Below, piece by piece: positions 36,988-47,126 of a DNA stretch of 64,000 nucleotides (position 1 is the first letter of the stretch; each line of letters opens with the position of its first letter). Under the pieces are notes generated by a model. The model was not told the origin of the DNA. It saw only the letters and a program-made list of their open reading frames with translations, and did no database searches. The translations under genes were made by a program, and so were the position numbers. The DNA is from an uncultured bacterium (lineage in GTDB: Bacteria > RBG-13-61-14 > CAYWKU01), in NCBI GenBank assembly GCA_964459325.1, contig CAYWKU010000007.1, positions 83,422 to 147,421 on the forward strand, read 5' to 3'.

Positions 36988-38255
36988 TAAATCCTCCGAT
37001 AAATACTTTCCATCTCGCTCGCGTGCTCTTCCATGCCGGGGACATGCATGGCACCAGGCTCCGGGGTTCCGCCGGTCAGCAGCTTTCGGAGCAGGTTGCT
37101 CAACGCTTCGGGGTCTCTTCTAGGGTAATAAAGACCCGCTTCTCCCGCGACTTCCTTTATTCCGGGCACGTCGGAAGCCACAAGCGCGGTTCGGGTCTCG
37201 AGCGCGTACAGAAGCACCAGCGGGGAGTTTTCTGCCCACAGGCTGGGCGCCGCCAGTATGTCGGTGTTTTCGTATATTCGGGCTATTTGTGTGGGGTCGA
37301 AGGTTTCCCGGTAATTCAGGGCATCGCCCAGAATTGACTTTACCTTGTCCAGGTACGCTTTTTCTTCTTCCGAACCTGTTGCGGCATACACGTTTAGCTC
37401 CCAGTTGCTCAAATCTTTCAATGCGCTCAATGCCTCGGCCAGAACGTGCAGTCCCTTGTGCCGCCTGAACTGGCCGATGAAGGTTATGCGAACCTTGTCG
37501 GAGGAACGTCGCTCAAAGCCCGAAAAAAGCGTTTTATCTATGCCGAAGGGCAGCTTTACGCCTTTCGGCCCCCATTTCGTGTACGGCCCGGCAAGGGCTC
37601 GGGTGGGAAATATAAGCCGGTCGGCCCGTTGAAGCACGCTCCGAAGATATTCAAGACGGTTTCGCATCCGCTTCAGCCCCGGGGATTTCAACTTCTCCAC
37701 CCTCTTTTCGGGTGGAAGCATCCTCAAGAAGGGTCGCTTCCAGCGCGAAATCCCTGCATAAGGGTCTTCGCCCGCAAAGCACGAAGCGCAGCGTATCCCG
37801 GCCATCGGCCCCGGGCATTCTTCGCCTTCCGGCGTGAATAATTGGCCCCATGCGCACATGTAGTGAAAGTCGGTGACGGTTACCACGGTTTTCGCCCCGG
37901 CGGATTCGGCAACCGGAAGCATTCCGGCACTCAAACCTCCCAGCAGGTAAGTGAAATGCGCCACCTCCGGCTCGAATCTGTTCACAACCTCCGCAAATCC
38001 CTCGTCAATCGTCGGGTTGCGGTAATGATGTTCGTAGTCGTTGTGGACGGAATAGGTGTTTCTGATTGTATGCACGGTCACATCGCCGTCGTAACGGGTG
38101 GATATTTCAAACTCCTTTCCCGGAGAATCCGTCCGGGTAAAGATTTCCACTTCATGACCCCTTTTCGCCAACGCTCCCGCCAGCCAGCGCGTATAAGTTT
38201 CTGTTCCCCCGAACTTTTCGGGCGGGTAACCGTGTACGGCGAGCATTACCTTCAA
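36987..38255 (-). CDS. Glycosyltransferase family 4 (GT-B fold)
   Basis: N-terminal MKVMLAVHGYPPEKFGGTETY typical of GT4; C-terminal domain with the conserved E-x7-E region; overlaps neighbours. Confidence 0.75.
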   Translation of the reverse strand: MKVMLAVHGYPPEKFGGTETYTRWLAGALAKRGHEVEIFTRTDSPGKEFEISTRYDGDVTVHTIRNTYSVHNDYEHHYRNPTIDEGFAEVVNRFEPEVAHFTYLLGGLSAGMLPVAESAGAKTVVTVTDFHYMCAWGQLFTPEGEECPGPMAGIRCASCFAGEDPYAGISRWKRPFLRMLPPEKRVEKLKSPGLKRMRNRLEYLRSVLQRADRLIFPTRALAGPYTKWGPKGVKLPFGIDKTLFSGFERRSSDKVRITFIGQFRRHKGLHVLAEALSALKDLSNWELNVYAATGSEEEKAYLDKVKSILGDALNYRETFDPTQIARIYENTDILAAPSLWAENSPLVLLYALETRTALVASDVPGIKEVAGEAGLYYPRRDPEALSNLLRKLLTGGTPEPGAMHVPGMEEHASEMESIYRRI

Positions 38256-39850
38256 CGCCGACCTCCCCGCGATGCTTCGAGCGCCTTACGGGCCTGCATG
38301 ATGGCTCTTCGTATTTGCGCATCGGGCGGGCTCAACCTGGAAGCCTCCTTGAAATTATCCAGCGCCTTTACGAATCTCCCCATCTTCAAATGTGCCAACC
38401 CCGCGTTTTCAAGCGGCTCCGCCCATCCCTGCCTGAGCTCGGAGGCTTTGAGGAAATAAAAAGCAGCGCCCCGGTAATCCTTGAAGCGGAAATGCAGCTT
38501 GCCGAGCGCATTGAAAGCGTTGGCCTGCTCGTAATCGGTAGGAGCGCCTATCTCTACCGCCCGGTTAAGGTGAGGCCAGGCGGAAACGTATCGCAGCTCG
38601 TCCTTGTACGCCAGGCCCAGGTCGTATCGGGCGCGGAACTTATCCGGCGATACCCGGACGCTTCGGCGGTGAACGGTTATCTTTGACGACCAGGTGGAAG
38701 CCACTTCGACGGCAGCCATGAGAAAAAGAGAGCATACCACGACAACTAAGGCAGGCGCCGCCTTTCGCTTGAAGGATGACGCCTCATTCCCGAAAAGCTC
38801 CCCCCCACCGAAAGCGATTATGCCCACTAACCCGACGGCGGGCATGTAAACCCTGTGCAAAAACGCAAGGTCCATGAGGGGAATTACGCCGGATTCCGGC
38901 CCGAGAGCCACCGGCATCCATATCATCAGAAACAGGGCCGGGCGGTTTTTGCGCAGCTTGTACGTCAAAATCCCCCAAACCGCTATTAACCCAACGCCCG
39001 AGATAATTACTTTCGCATCGAGCAGGCTTGTCCTCAGCACGGGATTCTGCTCAAGGGCCAAGCCCGTCGGCCACAGGAATTTTGCGATGTATCCCGGTAT
39101 GACTGTCAATTGGGTAAGGAAATACTCGTAAGCGCCGGGCAACTCCGATGAAGGGCCGAGGTACACCAGATGCCCCGAGCGCAAGACGGCGTAAATTACG
39201 AAAATTCCTCCCGCCGGAAGAACGGCTTTTATTCTTTCCCGTCCCTTCCCGTACAGAAAAGCGAGCACACATACCATTATCGGCGCCACCGCGCCGCTTT
39301 CCTTGCTCAATAGAGCGCCTACGCAAGCCAGCATCGAAATCCATAAGTACAGGTTCCTCCCCTTCCGGAGGTGCTCCAGGTATGCCAGCGCAGCTCCCAC
39401 CGTGAACATGGTGGCCAGCACCGCCGACCGGGCGGATATGTAAAACACTGAAAAGTTGATAAGCGGATTGAGGCAGAAAATCGCACTCGCCGCCAGCGCG
39501 ATTGCATCCGGGTTTTCGCGTTCGGCGAAAAGCGCCCTTACCAAGAGGAAAACCAGCAGCGAGGTTATCACGTGAAGCACGCCGTTTACCGCCTCGAAAG
39601 CCGGCGCATCGAAACCCGCGGCCTGAACGTTGGACCAGTTAAGAAGAACGGTTATCGCCCGGAAAGGACTTTGCAAAATAACGGAAACCGGAGAGCCCAC
39701 CAGCGCGGCGTTTTCGAGTATGGAAGGGTGGTCGTCCAGCACGAAAACGCCGCCCGATGCCAGGTGCACTATAAGGCCCGCAACCAGGGCGGCCAAAAGC
39801 GCGAGGTATGCAAATTTATCCCGAGGCGTCCTCACCGGCGCTTCCCGCAC
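38252..39850 (-). CDS. Polytopic membrane protein with C-terminal TPR repeats (TMTC/DUF1736-like, GT-C-type)
   Basis: About 10 N-terminal transmembrane helices followed by TPR-like repeats (YDLGLAYKDELRY, AFNALGKLHFRFKDYRGAAFYFLKASEL, ENAGLAHLKMGRFVKALDNFKEA). Confidence 0.6.
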   Translation of the reverse strand: MREAPVRTPRDKFAYLALLAALVAGLIVHLASGGVFVLDDHPSILENAALVGSPVSVILQSPFRAITVLLNWSNVQAAGFDAPAFEAVNGVLHVITSLLVFLLVRALFAERENPDAIALAASAIFCLNPLINFSVFYISARSAVLATMFTVGAALAYLEHLRKGRNLYLWISMLACVGALLSKESGAVAPIMVCVLAFLYGKGRERIKAVLPAGGIFVIYAVLRSGHLVYLGPSSELPGAYEYFLTQLTVIPGYIAKFLWPTGLALEQNPVLRTSLLDAKVIISGVGLIAVWGILTYKLRKNRPALFLMIWMPVALGPESGVIPLMDLAFLHRVYMPAVGLVGIIAFGGGELFGNEASSFKRKAAPALVVVVCSLFLMAAVEVASTWSSKITVHRRSVRVSPDKFRARYDLGLAYKDELRYVSAWPHLNRAVEIGAPTDYEQANAFNALGKLHFRFKDYRGAAFYFLKASELRQGWAEPLENAGLAHLKMGRFVKALDNFKEASRLSPPDAQIRRAIMQARKALEASRGGRR

Positions 39851-40181
39851 TTTTTTCGGCTTCCAATATGGCGATTGTCTGTGACAGGGATTTTACCTGG
39901 TCGGTCATCCGGGACATCCGCACCGAGAAGTGAATGTTAATTAACGCGAGGAACAACAGGGCAAACAGAAAAACGGTGGTGGAACTGGAGACCGCGCCTA
40001 TCAGGTGAGTCAGCCAGACCTGAAGGTCGTACCATGCGGCCAGCACAATTACGCCCGCTCCCACCGCCAGCCACAGTATGCTGAACTCCTCCTTCAGCTT
40101 CCTCCGGCGCACCAGCTCGACAATAGCCACCAGCAGCATCACTGCTACCGCCAGCGCAAATATCCTTTGTCTGGGCGTCAT
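39816..40181 (-). CDS. Small membrane protein, DUF2304-like (commonly paired with polyprenyl-phosphate GT2 genes)
   Basis: Start taken at internal Met (MTPRQRIFALAVAVMLLVAIV); 2-3 transmembrane helices; immediately downstream of an ArnC-like GT2. Confidence 0.5.
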   Translation of the reverse strand: MTPRQRIFALAVAVMLLVAIVELVRRRKLKEEFSILWLAVGAGVIVLAAWYDLQVWLTHLIGAVSSSTTVFLFALLFLALINIHFSVRMSRMTDQVKSLSQTIAILEAEKSAGSAGEDASG

Positions 40182-40194
40182 ATTCCACCTCCTT

Positions 40195-40887
40195 CTATTC
40201 CGGACGCCTGATGATAACAACCAGCACCGACAGGCTCATTTTAATTACGTAGTATAAAGGTACCAGCCCCGAGTGCATCCGCTTTCCCGGCGGCGGAGGT
40301 TTCATGTTCACCCCCACTTCCCCTATTCGGAACTTTTCCCTCAACATCATCACCAGTACGTCGGCGTCGGGAAAATCCTCCGGGTAAGCCCCCGATGCCA
40401 GCCGTTTCAGGGCCTTTCTGTTGATGGCCTGGAAGCCGGTGGTGGGGTCTGTGATTTTCTTGCGGGTGAGAATTCTGATAAGGGTTGAAAAAAAACGCAT
40501 CCCCGCTCTCCTGAGCAGGCCCGGCTTCCACTGCGAGTTCCCGAGAAACCGGCTGCCCATGCAAATGTCGCATTCCCCACCGGTCACCGGGCGAAGCAGC
40601 GACGGAATGTCGTCCGGGTCGTGCTGGCCGTCGGCATCGAGCTGCACCACCGCGTCGAAACCCTTTTCGAGGGCGTATATGTAACCGGTATGAATTGCGC
40701 CCCCGTATCCTATGTTGGCGGGCAGCCTTAGCACTTTAGCCCCGGCCATTTCTGCTACCCGTGTCGTGGCGTCTTCCGAGCCGTCGTCAACCACAACCAC
40801 CTCGTCGGCGTGTTTCGCGGCTCCGCGCACCACTTCGCCCACCCTGTCGGCTTCGTTTCGGGCCGGGATAAGCGCCATGACCTTCAT
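40195..40887 (-). CDS. GT2 polyprenyl-phosphate sugar synthase-like glycosyltransferase
   Basis: Start taken at internal Met (MKVMALIPARNEADR) adjacent to the upstream stop; the 90-aa Arg-rich ORF-track extension reads through the upstream gene; VVVDDGSED, DADGQHDP motifs. Confidence 0.8.
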   Translation of the reverse strand: MKVMALIPARNEADRVGEVVRGAAKHADEVVVVDDGSEDATTRVAEMAGAKVLRLPANIGYGGAIHTGYIYALEKGFDAVVQLDADGQHDPDDIPSLLRPVTGGECDICMGSRFLGNSQWKPGLLRRAGMRFFSTLIRILTRKKITDPTTGFQAINRKALKRLASGAYPEDFPDADVLVMMLREKFRIGEVGVNMKPPPPGKRMHSGLVPLYYVIKMSLSVLVVIIRRPE

Positions 40888-42101
40888 CCCGCCGACACCC
40901 CCACTTCGCTCCCCTGCAGGACTTTGAGGTATAGCTTTTCCGTGCGGGAAGCGATTTCGGGCCACGCCAGATTGCGGCGGATAAATTCCCGGCCCCTTTC
41001 TACTTTCTCGCGTGATTCTTCCGGGTTGTCCAGCACCGAAGCGATGGCGGCGGCCAGCTTTTCCGGTTCGCCGTAAGGCGTCACTTCGCCTATATCCGCT
41101 CCCCCTATAATTTCGCCGCAGCCGCAATCGTCGCTTACCACCACCGGGGCGCCGCACAGTATGGATTCAAACGGCACCAGCCCGAAGATTTCGTGCTCGG
41201 AGGGGTAAACCGTAACGTCGGCGTCGACGTAAAGCGCCCTCTTTTCAACGCCCCTGACCAGGCCGGTGTATGTTGTTATTTTATCCATTTTATTCGCGGA
41301 TACTTCCTCTTTCACCCTGGGAAGAAACCCCATGTCGTTACCCGCGATAACCAGCCTTACGGGGCGGCTCTTATTCAGGATGTTCACCGCCCTTACCAAC
41401 GGAATCAGGCCCTTGCGGGGGGTTATCTTACCCAGGTAGAGCACAATCGGGGTATCGTCGAGATGCCATTCGGAGCGGAACTTCCCCTTTTCGGGAATGG
41501 AAGCAAAAGCTTCGATATCCAGCCCGTTGGGGATAACGTTTATCTTTTCACGTGAAACACCCCTTTGCAGGTATTGCTCGACCTCGGAATTACTTACCGC
41601 TATCACTGCGGAAGCTCTTTTCAATGCCTTATTGAAAACGACCCCGTCCAGCGCCATCTTGATGCCCCTCTTGCGCTCGATGCGCGGGGCGGTGCCGTTG
41701 GCCGTTATTACGTAAGGGATGTTCCTCTTCCGGGCGAAAGCCGCGGCGGCAGTTTCCAGCCGATGGCGGTGCCCGTGAATGTGGATGACTTCGGCATCTC
41801 CGGCCAACTCCTCCAAAGCCTTTTTCATGCCCATCGGCAGGAAGAGTTGATGACGATAAGCGCCGCGGTTGGAAAAATTGCGCAGATAGCGAACCTTCAT
41901 CGTACCGCCTTCCATGCCGACGGTAAGTCCCCCCTCCGGGTGCCGTGAACGGGCCTGGAGGGCGTCGGTGGTTATCACGTTCACCCGGTGCCCGTCTCGT
42001 GCCAGTTGACGGCATAATTCGTAGGCCAGCCGGGGGATTCCACCGTATGCCCAGGCGGGCACGAAGTAGGGAACCACGTGTGTAACGTTAAGCTTTCGCA
42101 T
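40884..42101 (-). CDS. Glycosyltransferase family 4
   Basis: N-terminal VTHVVPYFVPAWAYGGIPR and C-terminal EIFGLVPFESILCGAPVVVSD motifs typical of GT4. Confidence 0.8.
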   Translation of the reverse strand: MRKLNVTHVVPYFVPAWAYGGIPRLAYELCRQLARDGHRVNVITTDALQARSRHPEGGLTVGMEGGTMKVRYLRNFSNRGAYRHQLFLPMGMKKALEELAGDAEVIHIHGHRHRLETAAAAFARKRNIPYVITANGTAPRIERKRGIKMALDGVVFNKALKRASAVIAVSNSEVEQYLQRGVSREKINVIPNGLDIEAFASIPEKGKFRSEWHLDDTPIVLYLGKITPRKGLIPLVRAVNILNKSRPVRLVIAGNDMGFLPRVKEEVSANKMDKITTYTGLVRGVEKRALYVDADVTVYPSEHEIFGLVPFESILCGAPVVVSDDCGCGEIIGGADIGEVTPYGEPEKLAAAIASVLDNPEESREKVERGREFIRRNLAWPEIASRTEKLYLKVLQGSEVGVSAG

Positions 42102-43059
42102 TCTTTTTACCGTGTTTGCCCGCCAGTATGGAGCTGGCTATCGGCCCTCCTACGAGCGCCACAGCCAACAGGAACACGCTGTCCACCACCGCCGCCCCGA
42201 GACCGCCCTGTACGGTATGCCCAAGTATTCCCGAGATGTAAGCCAGAAGCGGCTCCCGGAGCCCTACTCCCAGTGGAGTGAAATTTGCCATCTGTGTCAA
42301 ATATGCCGGAGGAGCCAGCAGAAATGCGCCGACAAGCTCGATGGGCTGGCCGAATGTCCTGAACACCACCCAGTAACGGGCAGCGAAAGTCGCCAGTATG
42401 CAAATTTCAAGCAAAATCAACCTGGTTATATTTGACCGGTCAGCCTTCAATACGTTCCATCCCTCGAACACGGCGGTTACGAACCGACCTATACGACCCA
42501 TGCGAAGCCGCAATCGGGGTAGGAGTATGATACCCAATGCCACAGCGGTTATGAGGCCGAACAAAAGGGGTATCTCCGGACGAACGGTCTCGGCTCCAGA
42601 CGCCAGATAGCCGGTTCCCGCCAGTCCGGCCACTCCCAGGGTCAGGGCCGTTATAACGAATCCGCCGCCGGTTATTACCGTGAACCGGTCTATGCCGAAG
42701 TTCTTTTGCTTGAAGAGATAATAAGCCAGCCCCACCGTTCCGCCCTTTATGGTGAGGGCGTTTCCGTAACCCTGCATGAGCGACAGACCGGCGCCTTCCG
42801 CGACGCCCATGTCTACCTTAAAGGACGACACCAGAAACTTAAGCCGCAAACCCAACAAGAGCCGGGTAAGGAGGTGGAGCAGGAGCAATAGCGCCAGGTG
42901 GGCCGGGTGGAAATCGAGCATTCGCGAAAAATTCTGCCGGTGGTGATAAAAGTACCAGCCCGCCGCAAGCGCCAGCACGACATAAATGGCAAGCGATATT
43001 ACCAGTCTGCGGGGTCGAGTCTCCTCCGCTCCGTCAGCTTTCGATTCGGGTTTTTCCAT
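42088..43059 (-). CDS. Flippase-like membrane protein (lysylphosphatidylglycerol synthase TM-region / UPF0104 family)
   Basis: About 8 transmembrane helices; resemblance to the LPG-synthase TM domain family often co-encoded with GT2 enzymes. Confidence 0.55.
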   Translation of the reverse strand: MEKPESKADGAEETRPRRLVISLAIYVVLALAAGWYFYHHRQNFSRMLDFHPAHLALLLLLHLLTRLLLGLRLKFLVSSFKVDMGVAEGAGLSLMQGYGNALTIKGGTVGLAYYLFKQKNFGIDRFTVITGGGFVITALTLGVAGLAGTGYLASGAETVRPEIPLLFGLITAVALGIILLPRLRLRMGRIGRFVTAVFEGWNVLKADRSNITRLILLEICILATFAARYWVVFRTFGQPIELVGAFLLAPPAYLTQMANFTPLGVGLREPLLAYISGILGHTVQGGLGAAVVDSVFLLAVALVGGPIASSILAGKHGKKNAKA

Positions 43060-43065
43060 GCGAGT

Positions 43066-43719
43066 TTATACCCAGTGGCGATATTCATGGGAGAGTATGC
43101 CCGTAACTTCCATCTGCGCCCGCTCGGGAAAGTTGGTGTCTATTATCCAGAAATCCCACCAATCCGTCATTTTCAGATAAGCGTCCCACCGCTCTTGGCT
43201 CTCTAGTTTATCGGTCGTTACTTCCTTTTTTATCAGGGGATTTTCCTTTGCCCTCAAAAGAAAGGCCACGTCCGGGGAGGGAAGGGAGCGAGCCTTGCGT
43301 TCCATGAATTTCTTGCCGCAGGCTCCGTTTTCGTAAAGCTCAGCCAGCGAATCATACAGGTAACGGTCGCAGATTACCGCCATCCCACGGTTTGAAAGTA
43401 TCTGTATGTAAGGTGTAAGCAGTAATATGCATATCCTGAAAAGAACTCTCTTCCAGATTGCGGTCAATGGATTGGAATAATCGGGAGGCGAGGTTCTTGA
43501 TTTACCCCTACCCGGCCGGAAAAGGGAAACCGTGACATTGCGCAGGCTGAGCGGATACACTTTTATCAACCGTACCGGATACCCCTTACCGACAAGGTCT
43601 TCGGCGGCCACCCTGGCCAGTCGGGTTGTACCCGAGCCTTCCACCCCGGAGAAGGTGATAACCGGCCCCCTCTTTTTCTGCACCGGCTGTCCTACCGCTA
43701 CATCGCTCAACTGTGCCAA
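43066..43719 (-). CDS. P-loop NTPase, thymidylate/nucleoside kinase-like
   Basis: TTG start; P-loop-like ITFSGVEGSGTT near the N-terminus; otherwise uncharacterised. Confidence 0.4.
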   Translation of the reverse strand: MAQLSDVAVGQPVQKKRGPVITFSGVEGSGTTRLARVAAEDLVGKGYPVRLIKVYPLSLRNVTVSLFRPGRGKSRTSPPDYSNPLTAIWKRVLFRICILLLTPYIQILSNRGMAVICDRYLYDSLAELYENGACGKKFMERKARSLPSPDVAFLLRAKENPLIKKEVTTDKLESQERWDAYLKMTDWWDFWIIDTNFPERAQMEVTGILSHEYRHWV

Positions 43720-43743
43720 TCACCCCGCGTTTTAAACATACTA

Positions 43744-45990
43744 TTACGGAACGCATCCCGGCGTGGCCTCAAAAAGCAGCCACGGCCCGGACGAACTCAA
43801 AGGTTGGAAATACTTTCCGGAATTCAAGATAGCTTTTACCGTTCGGGGATGCCACAAGTAGTATCCCCTTAGTTTGTAGCCCGGGGCCGCGTTTACCAGG
43901 AGCCGGCGACTGTCGTATTTCCGCATTATATTGCAGATAATTTCGTTGTTCCCCGCGGCCGTTACCAGCGCCGATGCGTCCCGCTCCCGCTCCGCCGAGT
44001 CCATAGCTCCTGTGGAAGGCTTAAGCCGGTCTATGACGTACACGTCCCGGTAAGCGGTCAGGCGATAACTGGTGAAAACGTCGGAAGTGACAGTGTGTCG
44101 CAGAGGCACGTCGTCCAGGAGCCCGGCGAACCTTTCGGTGTCCCATGTTACGTTTTCTTTCTTGTGAGCGTTCTCGTCGTGATGCCAGAAAAGCCCCTCC
44201 GTCGGCGCTTTGGTCATTATGAACCACGACTTGCCGGCGGCGCCCCTGAAGTAATCGGGCCGCACCGGGTACCAGGCCGCCGCCACGGCGAATACCAGCG
44301 CCGCCGCTATCAACGCGAGGCCCGCCCATCTTCGCGCCATGCCGGATAGCGCCCATATTCCCGCTCCCGCGCCGAGAGCGGCGAACATGGCCGAAAACCG
44401 CAAAGCCCGCCTCAAATACGCTACGTGAAGGGTCTTGCCGAAAATCCACGCCAGGTAGGGATGAAAAGCCACAAAACCCATGAAAAGCGTGCCCACTATC
44501 ACCACCAAGAGGGCCCGGTCACCTTTGGCGTACCTCAAAATCAGCCACGGCAAAGCCAACAGGCCAAGCACCGACCAGGGATACAGGGTCATGTCCGGGG
44601 CGGTATAAGAAAACGCCAGCGGGTGCAGCACGAAAAGCTTCGGGGTAATGAACCGGTTATACTCCCGCACCAGGCTGAACTCCTCCGGCCGCGCTCCCGT
44701 CGCTTCCATAACGCGCAATAGTGCAAATGGAGCGGATACCACTATGGCCGCGCCCACCAGGGCCGCAACTCGCTTTGCTTGCCGAGGATTGTTGGCCGCG
44801 CTTCGGTATAAAAAGGGCAACCACAAGGCGACCGGAATCATCACAAAAGCGGCGAACTCCCAGAACGACGGAGTGCCACCCACCCCCTGCACCGGGACGC
44901 CGACAAGCAGTTTATAAACGGCCCACACAACCGGGAGCACAAGCAGAAACCACCCGACCCTCCAGTTCCACCCGTATACCGGGCCGATATGCCCCCTGTT
45001 TGCCAGAAGGGTCACCACCGCCGTCATTGCAGCGGCGACTCCCGCCAGCACCCCCCACAACGGATGCACCAGGAAGGTTATCAGCACGGCGCCGGCGGAG
45101 CTTGCCAGCCTCCTCGATCCACCCTTCTGCATGTAATCATGCACAAATTTTATGCATATCGGGAAAAATATCAGCCACGCGGGGTCGGAGTTGTAGTAGC
45201 TGCACCGGCCCAACAAAATGAAACCCATCGCCGCGAAGTGGTATACTGAGTATATCACTGTAGAGGCCATCGCCGCCCGGCGCTCGAAGAAGGAGCCTGA
45301 CAAAGCGTAAAACGCCAGAATGGCCGCCGGTATGGTCAAAAAACCCGATTTTACGTACAGGGTAACCGGGTCCATCCTCAAGCCGGTGGAAATCGCGGCC
45401 CACATGAGCGCCCAGATGTTGTAGCTGTGTACCGGGTCGGAGCCTTCGTTGGCGAAAGCGATCGGAAAGTTGGCGGCAAACCCGCGAGTTACCAGCCTTC
45501 TGACCATCGTTATGTAGGTGTAGTAATCCCACTCCACCGCCCATCCGCGAAAGCTGCCCAGTTTCCAGGCGATTATTAAAGAAATGAAAACCACGGCCGC
45601 GAAGATTAACCCGACCCCGCACGGCTCCAGGTACCATCCCTTTTCCCACGTATGCTCCCGCTTTGAAAATACGAAAAACCACAAAAACAGCGCGAGCGCG
45701 ATTATCGGCATGACAATCAGCCCCGCATAAACCGGGGCCATTAATAGGAACATGGCCATCCCGACCAGCCCGAAAAGCAGGACTCCCATCACCAGGCTCA
45801 AGGGATAAGTCTCCCACGGGTCCAACGGCTCATAAGAAAGAAGTCGCAACAGAAGGTAGCCCGGAGAAACCACCATCCCGATGAAAACTATGGCTATGCC
45901 CGCCGTGCCGGACGGAAACCCGAAGAGGCATACCAGCCCCGCCAACGCGGACAGGCCGAGGGCGGCAAATATGTCGGTTTTTTTTCTCAT
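43744..45990 (-). CDS. Large polytopic membrane protein (~15 or more transmembrane helices), possible GT-C-type transferase or polymerase
   Basis: 748 aa, hydrophobic throughout with a C-terminal soluble domain; function unassigned. Confidence 0.45.
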   Translation of the reverse strand: MRKKTDIFAALGLSALAGLVCLFGFPSGTAGIAIVFIGMVVSPGYLLLRLLSYEPLDPWETYPLSLVMGVLLFGLVGMAMFLLMAPVYAGLIVMPIIALALFLWFFVFSKREHTWEKGWYLEPCGVGLIFAAVVFISLIIAWKLGSFRGWAVEWDYYTYITMVRRLVTRGFAANFPIAFANEGSDPVHSYNIWALMWAAISTGLRMDPVTLYVKSGFLTIPAAILAFYALSGSFFERRAAMASTVIYSVYHFAAMGFILLGRCSYYNSDPAWLIFFPICIKFVHDYMQKGGSRRLASSAGAVLITFLVHPLWGVLAGVAAAMTAVVTLLANRGHIGPVYGWNWRVGWFLLVLPVVWAVYKLLVGVPVQGVGGTPSFWEFAAFVMIPVALWLPFLYRSAANNPRQAKRVAALVGAAIVVSAPFALLRVMEATGARPEEFSLVREYNRFITPKLFVLHPLAFSYTAPDMTLYPWSVLGLLALPWLILRYAKGDRALLVVIVGTLFMGFVAFHPYLAWIFGKTLHVAYLRRALRFSAMFAALGAGAGIWALSGMARRWAGLALIAAALVFAVAAAWYPVRPDYFRGAAGKSWFIMTKAPTEGLFWHHDENAHKKENVTWDTERFAGLLDDVPLRHTVTSDVFTSYRLTAYRDVYVIDRLKPSTGAMDSAERERDASALVTAAGNNEIICNIMRKYDSRRLLVNAAPGYKLRGYYLWHPRTVKAILNSGKYFQPLSSSGPWLLFEATPGCVP

Positions 45991-47126
45991 CGGGTTCTGA
46001 TTATCTTTTGATAAAGCTCCAGCGTCCCCTCCACCATCCGGTCGGTCGTGTAAAGGGAAGCGGTCTCGAGGCCCTTCCGGATGAATCGCTCCCTCAACCC
46101 CTCATCATCCGCCAGTCGGAGGATTTTGGAGGCAAGCTCCTCGCTGTCGCCGGGGCGCACCGTAAAGCCGTTTTCGCCGTCGGTGATAAGCTCGACGGTG
46201 CCGCCGGTACGGCCACCGATGACCGGCGCCCCGGCCAGCATGAACTCCATGAAAACTATGCCGAAGCCTTCGATAAGCGACGGCATGGCGAAAATATCCG
46301 GCCTCATTCTCCTGACTTCTTCGTTCGGCTTACCGCCCATGAAGTTGACGTTTTCGACCACTCCCAACCGCCGGGCGTATTCTTCCATCGAGCCGCGCCT
46401 CGGGTCGTCTCCCACCACGTACAGGGCCACCCCCGGCTTCGATTGCTTAACCCGCGCCACCGCTTCCAACAGTGCCCCCAGGCCTTTTCTCTGAAAGTTG
46501 GCTCCCACGAAAAGTATGGAAGGGTCGCCGTCGAGCCGGGTCTCTTCGTTGGTGTCGACCCCGTCGATTCCGTAATTGACCACTTCCACCCGGGCGGGAT
46601 TAAGCCGGTAGGCTTTCGATATTATATCCTTCACGTAGCGCGAGTTTGCCGCCAGCCCGGCCAGTTTGCGGTAAGCCAAGGGTTCCACGAGCCTGACCGC
46701 GCGCCAGTATATCCACCGCGAGGGCCATTCGGAGTAATACGGTTTAAGCGCCGCGGGATTGAGGGGGCATGAGGCGGGGTAGTAGTCGTTTACGGTGCCC
46801 ACCAGCGGTATTATCCGCTTCGGCGAAAACAGCGCCTCCCGGGCGTCGGTGAAGTGAGCCAGGTCGAACCGCTCCCGGGCGCAAATCGACCTCAGCGCAA
46901 TCCCGAACCGCCACGCCAGCGGCGGCCAGTAGTTCACCTTCTTTTCCCACCCCTTCATCGCCACCTGCAACACTTCAATATCCGGGGTCTCGGCGCTCAT
47001 CCCTTCCGGGCAGACCACGGTTACCTCGACGCCCCGCTTTATGAGGCCGGCTACCAGGTTGGTGGCGTAAGTGCCCACGCCGCTCCACCTTTTCCCGAAC
47101 TGCTGGGTGAATATAAGTACCCTCAC
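45987..47126 (-). CDS. Glycosyltransferase family 4
   Basis: GTG start at 47126 overlapping the upstream stop (GTGA); VRVLIFTQQFGKRWSGVGTYATNL N-terminus and EGFGIVFMEFMLAGAPVIG C-terminal motif; the ORF-track extension to 47567 runs through the upstream methyltransferase gene. Confidence 0.8.
   Translation of the reverse strand: MRVLIFTQQFGKRWSGVGTYATNLVAGLIKRGVEVTVVCPEGMSAETPDIEVLQVAMKGWEKKVNYWPPLAWRFGIALRSICARERFDLAHFTDAREALFSPKRIIPLVGTVNDYYPASCPLNPAALKPYYSEWPSRWIYWRAVRLVEPLAYRKLAGLAANSRYVKDIISKAYRLNPARVEVVNYGIDGVDTNEETRLDGDPSILFVGANFQRKGLGALLEAVARVKQSKPGVALYVVGDDPRRGSMEEYARRLGVVENVNFMGGKPNEEVRRMRPDIFAMPSLIEGFGIVFMEFMLAGAPVIGGRTGGTVELITDGENGFTVRPGDSEELASKILRLADDEGLRERFIRKGLETASLYTTDRMVEGTLELYQKIIRTR

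Noticed and set aside
40888-41157. Arg-rich N-terminal extensions of GT2/GT4 ORFs in the track (also 47127-47567 and 53304-53603)
   Set aside because: The extensions read through the 3' ends of upstream genes; conserved N-terminal GT motifs begin at internal start codons that abut the upstream stops.
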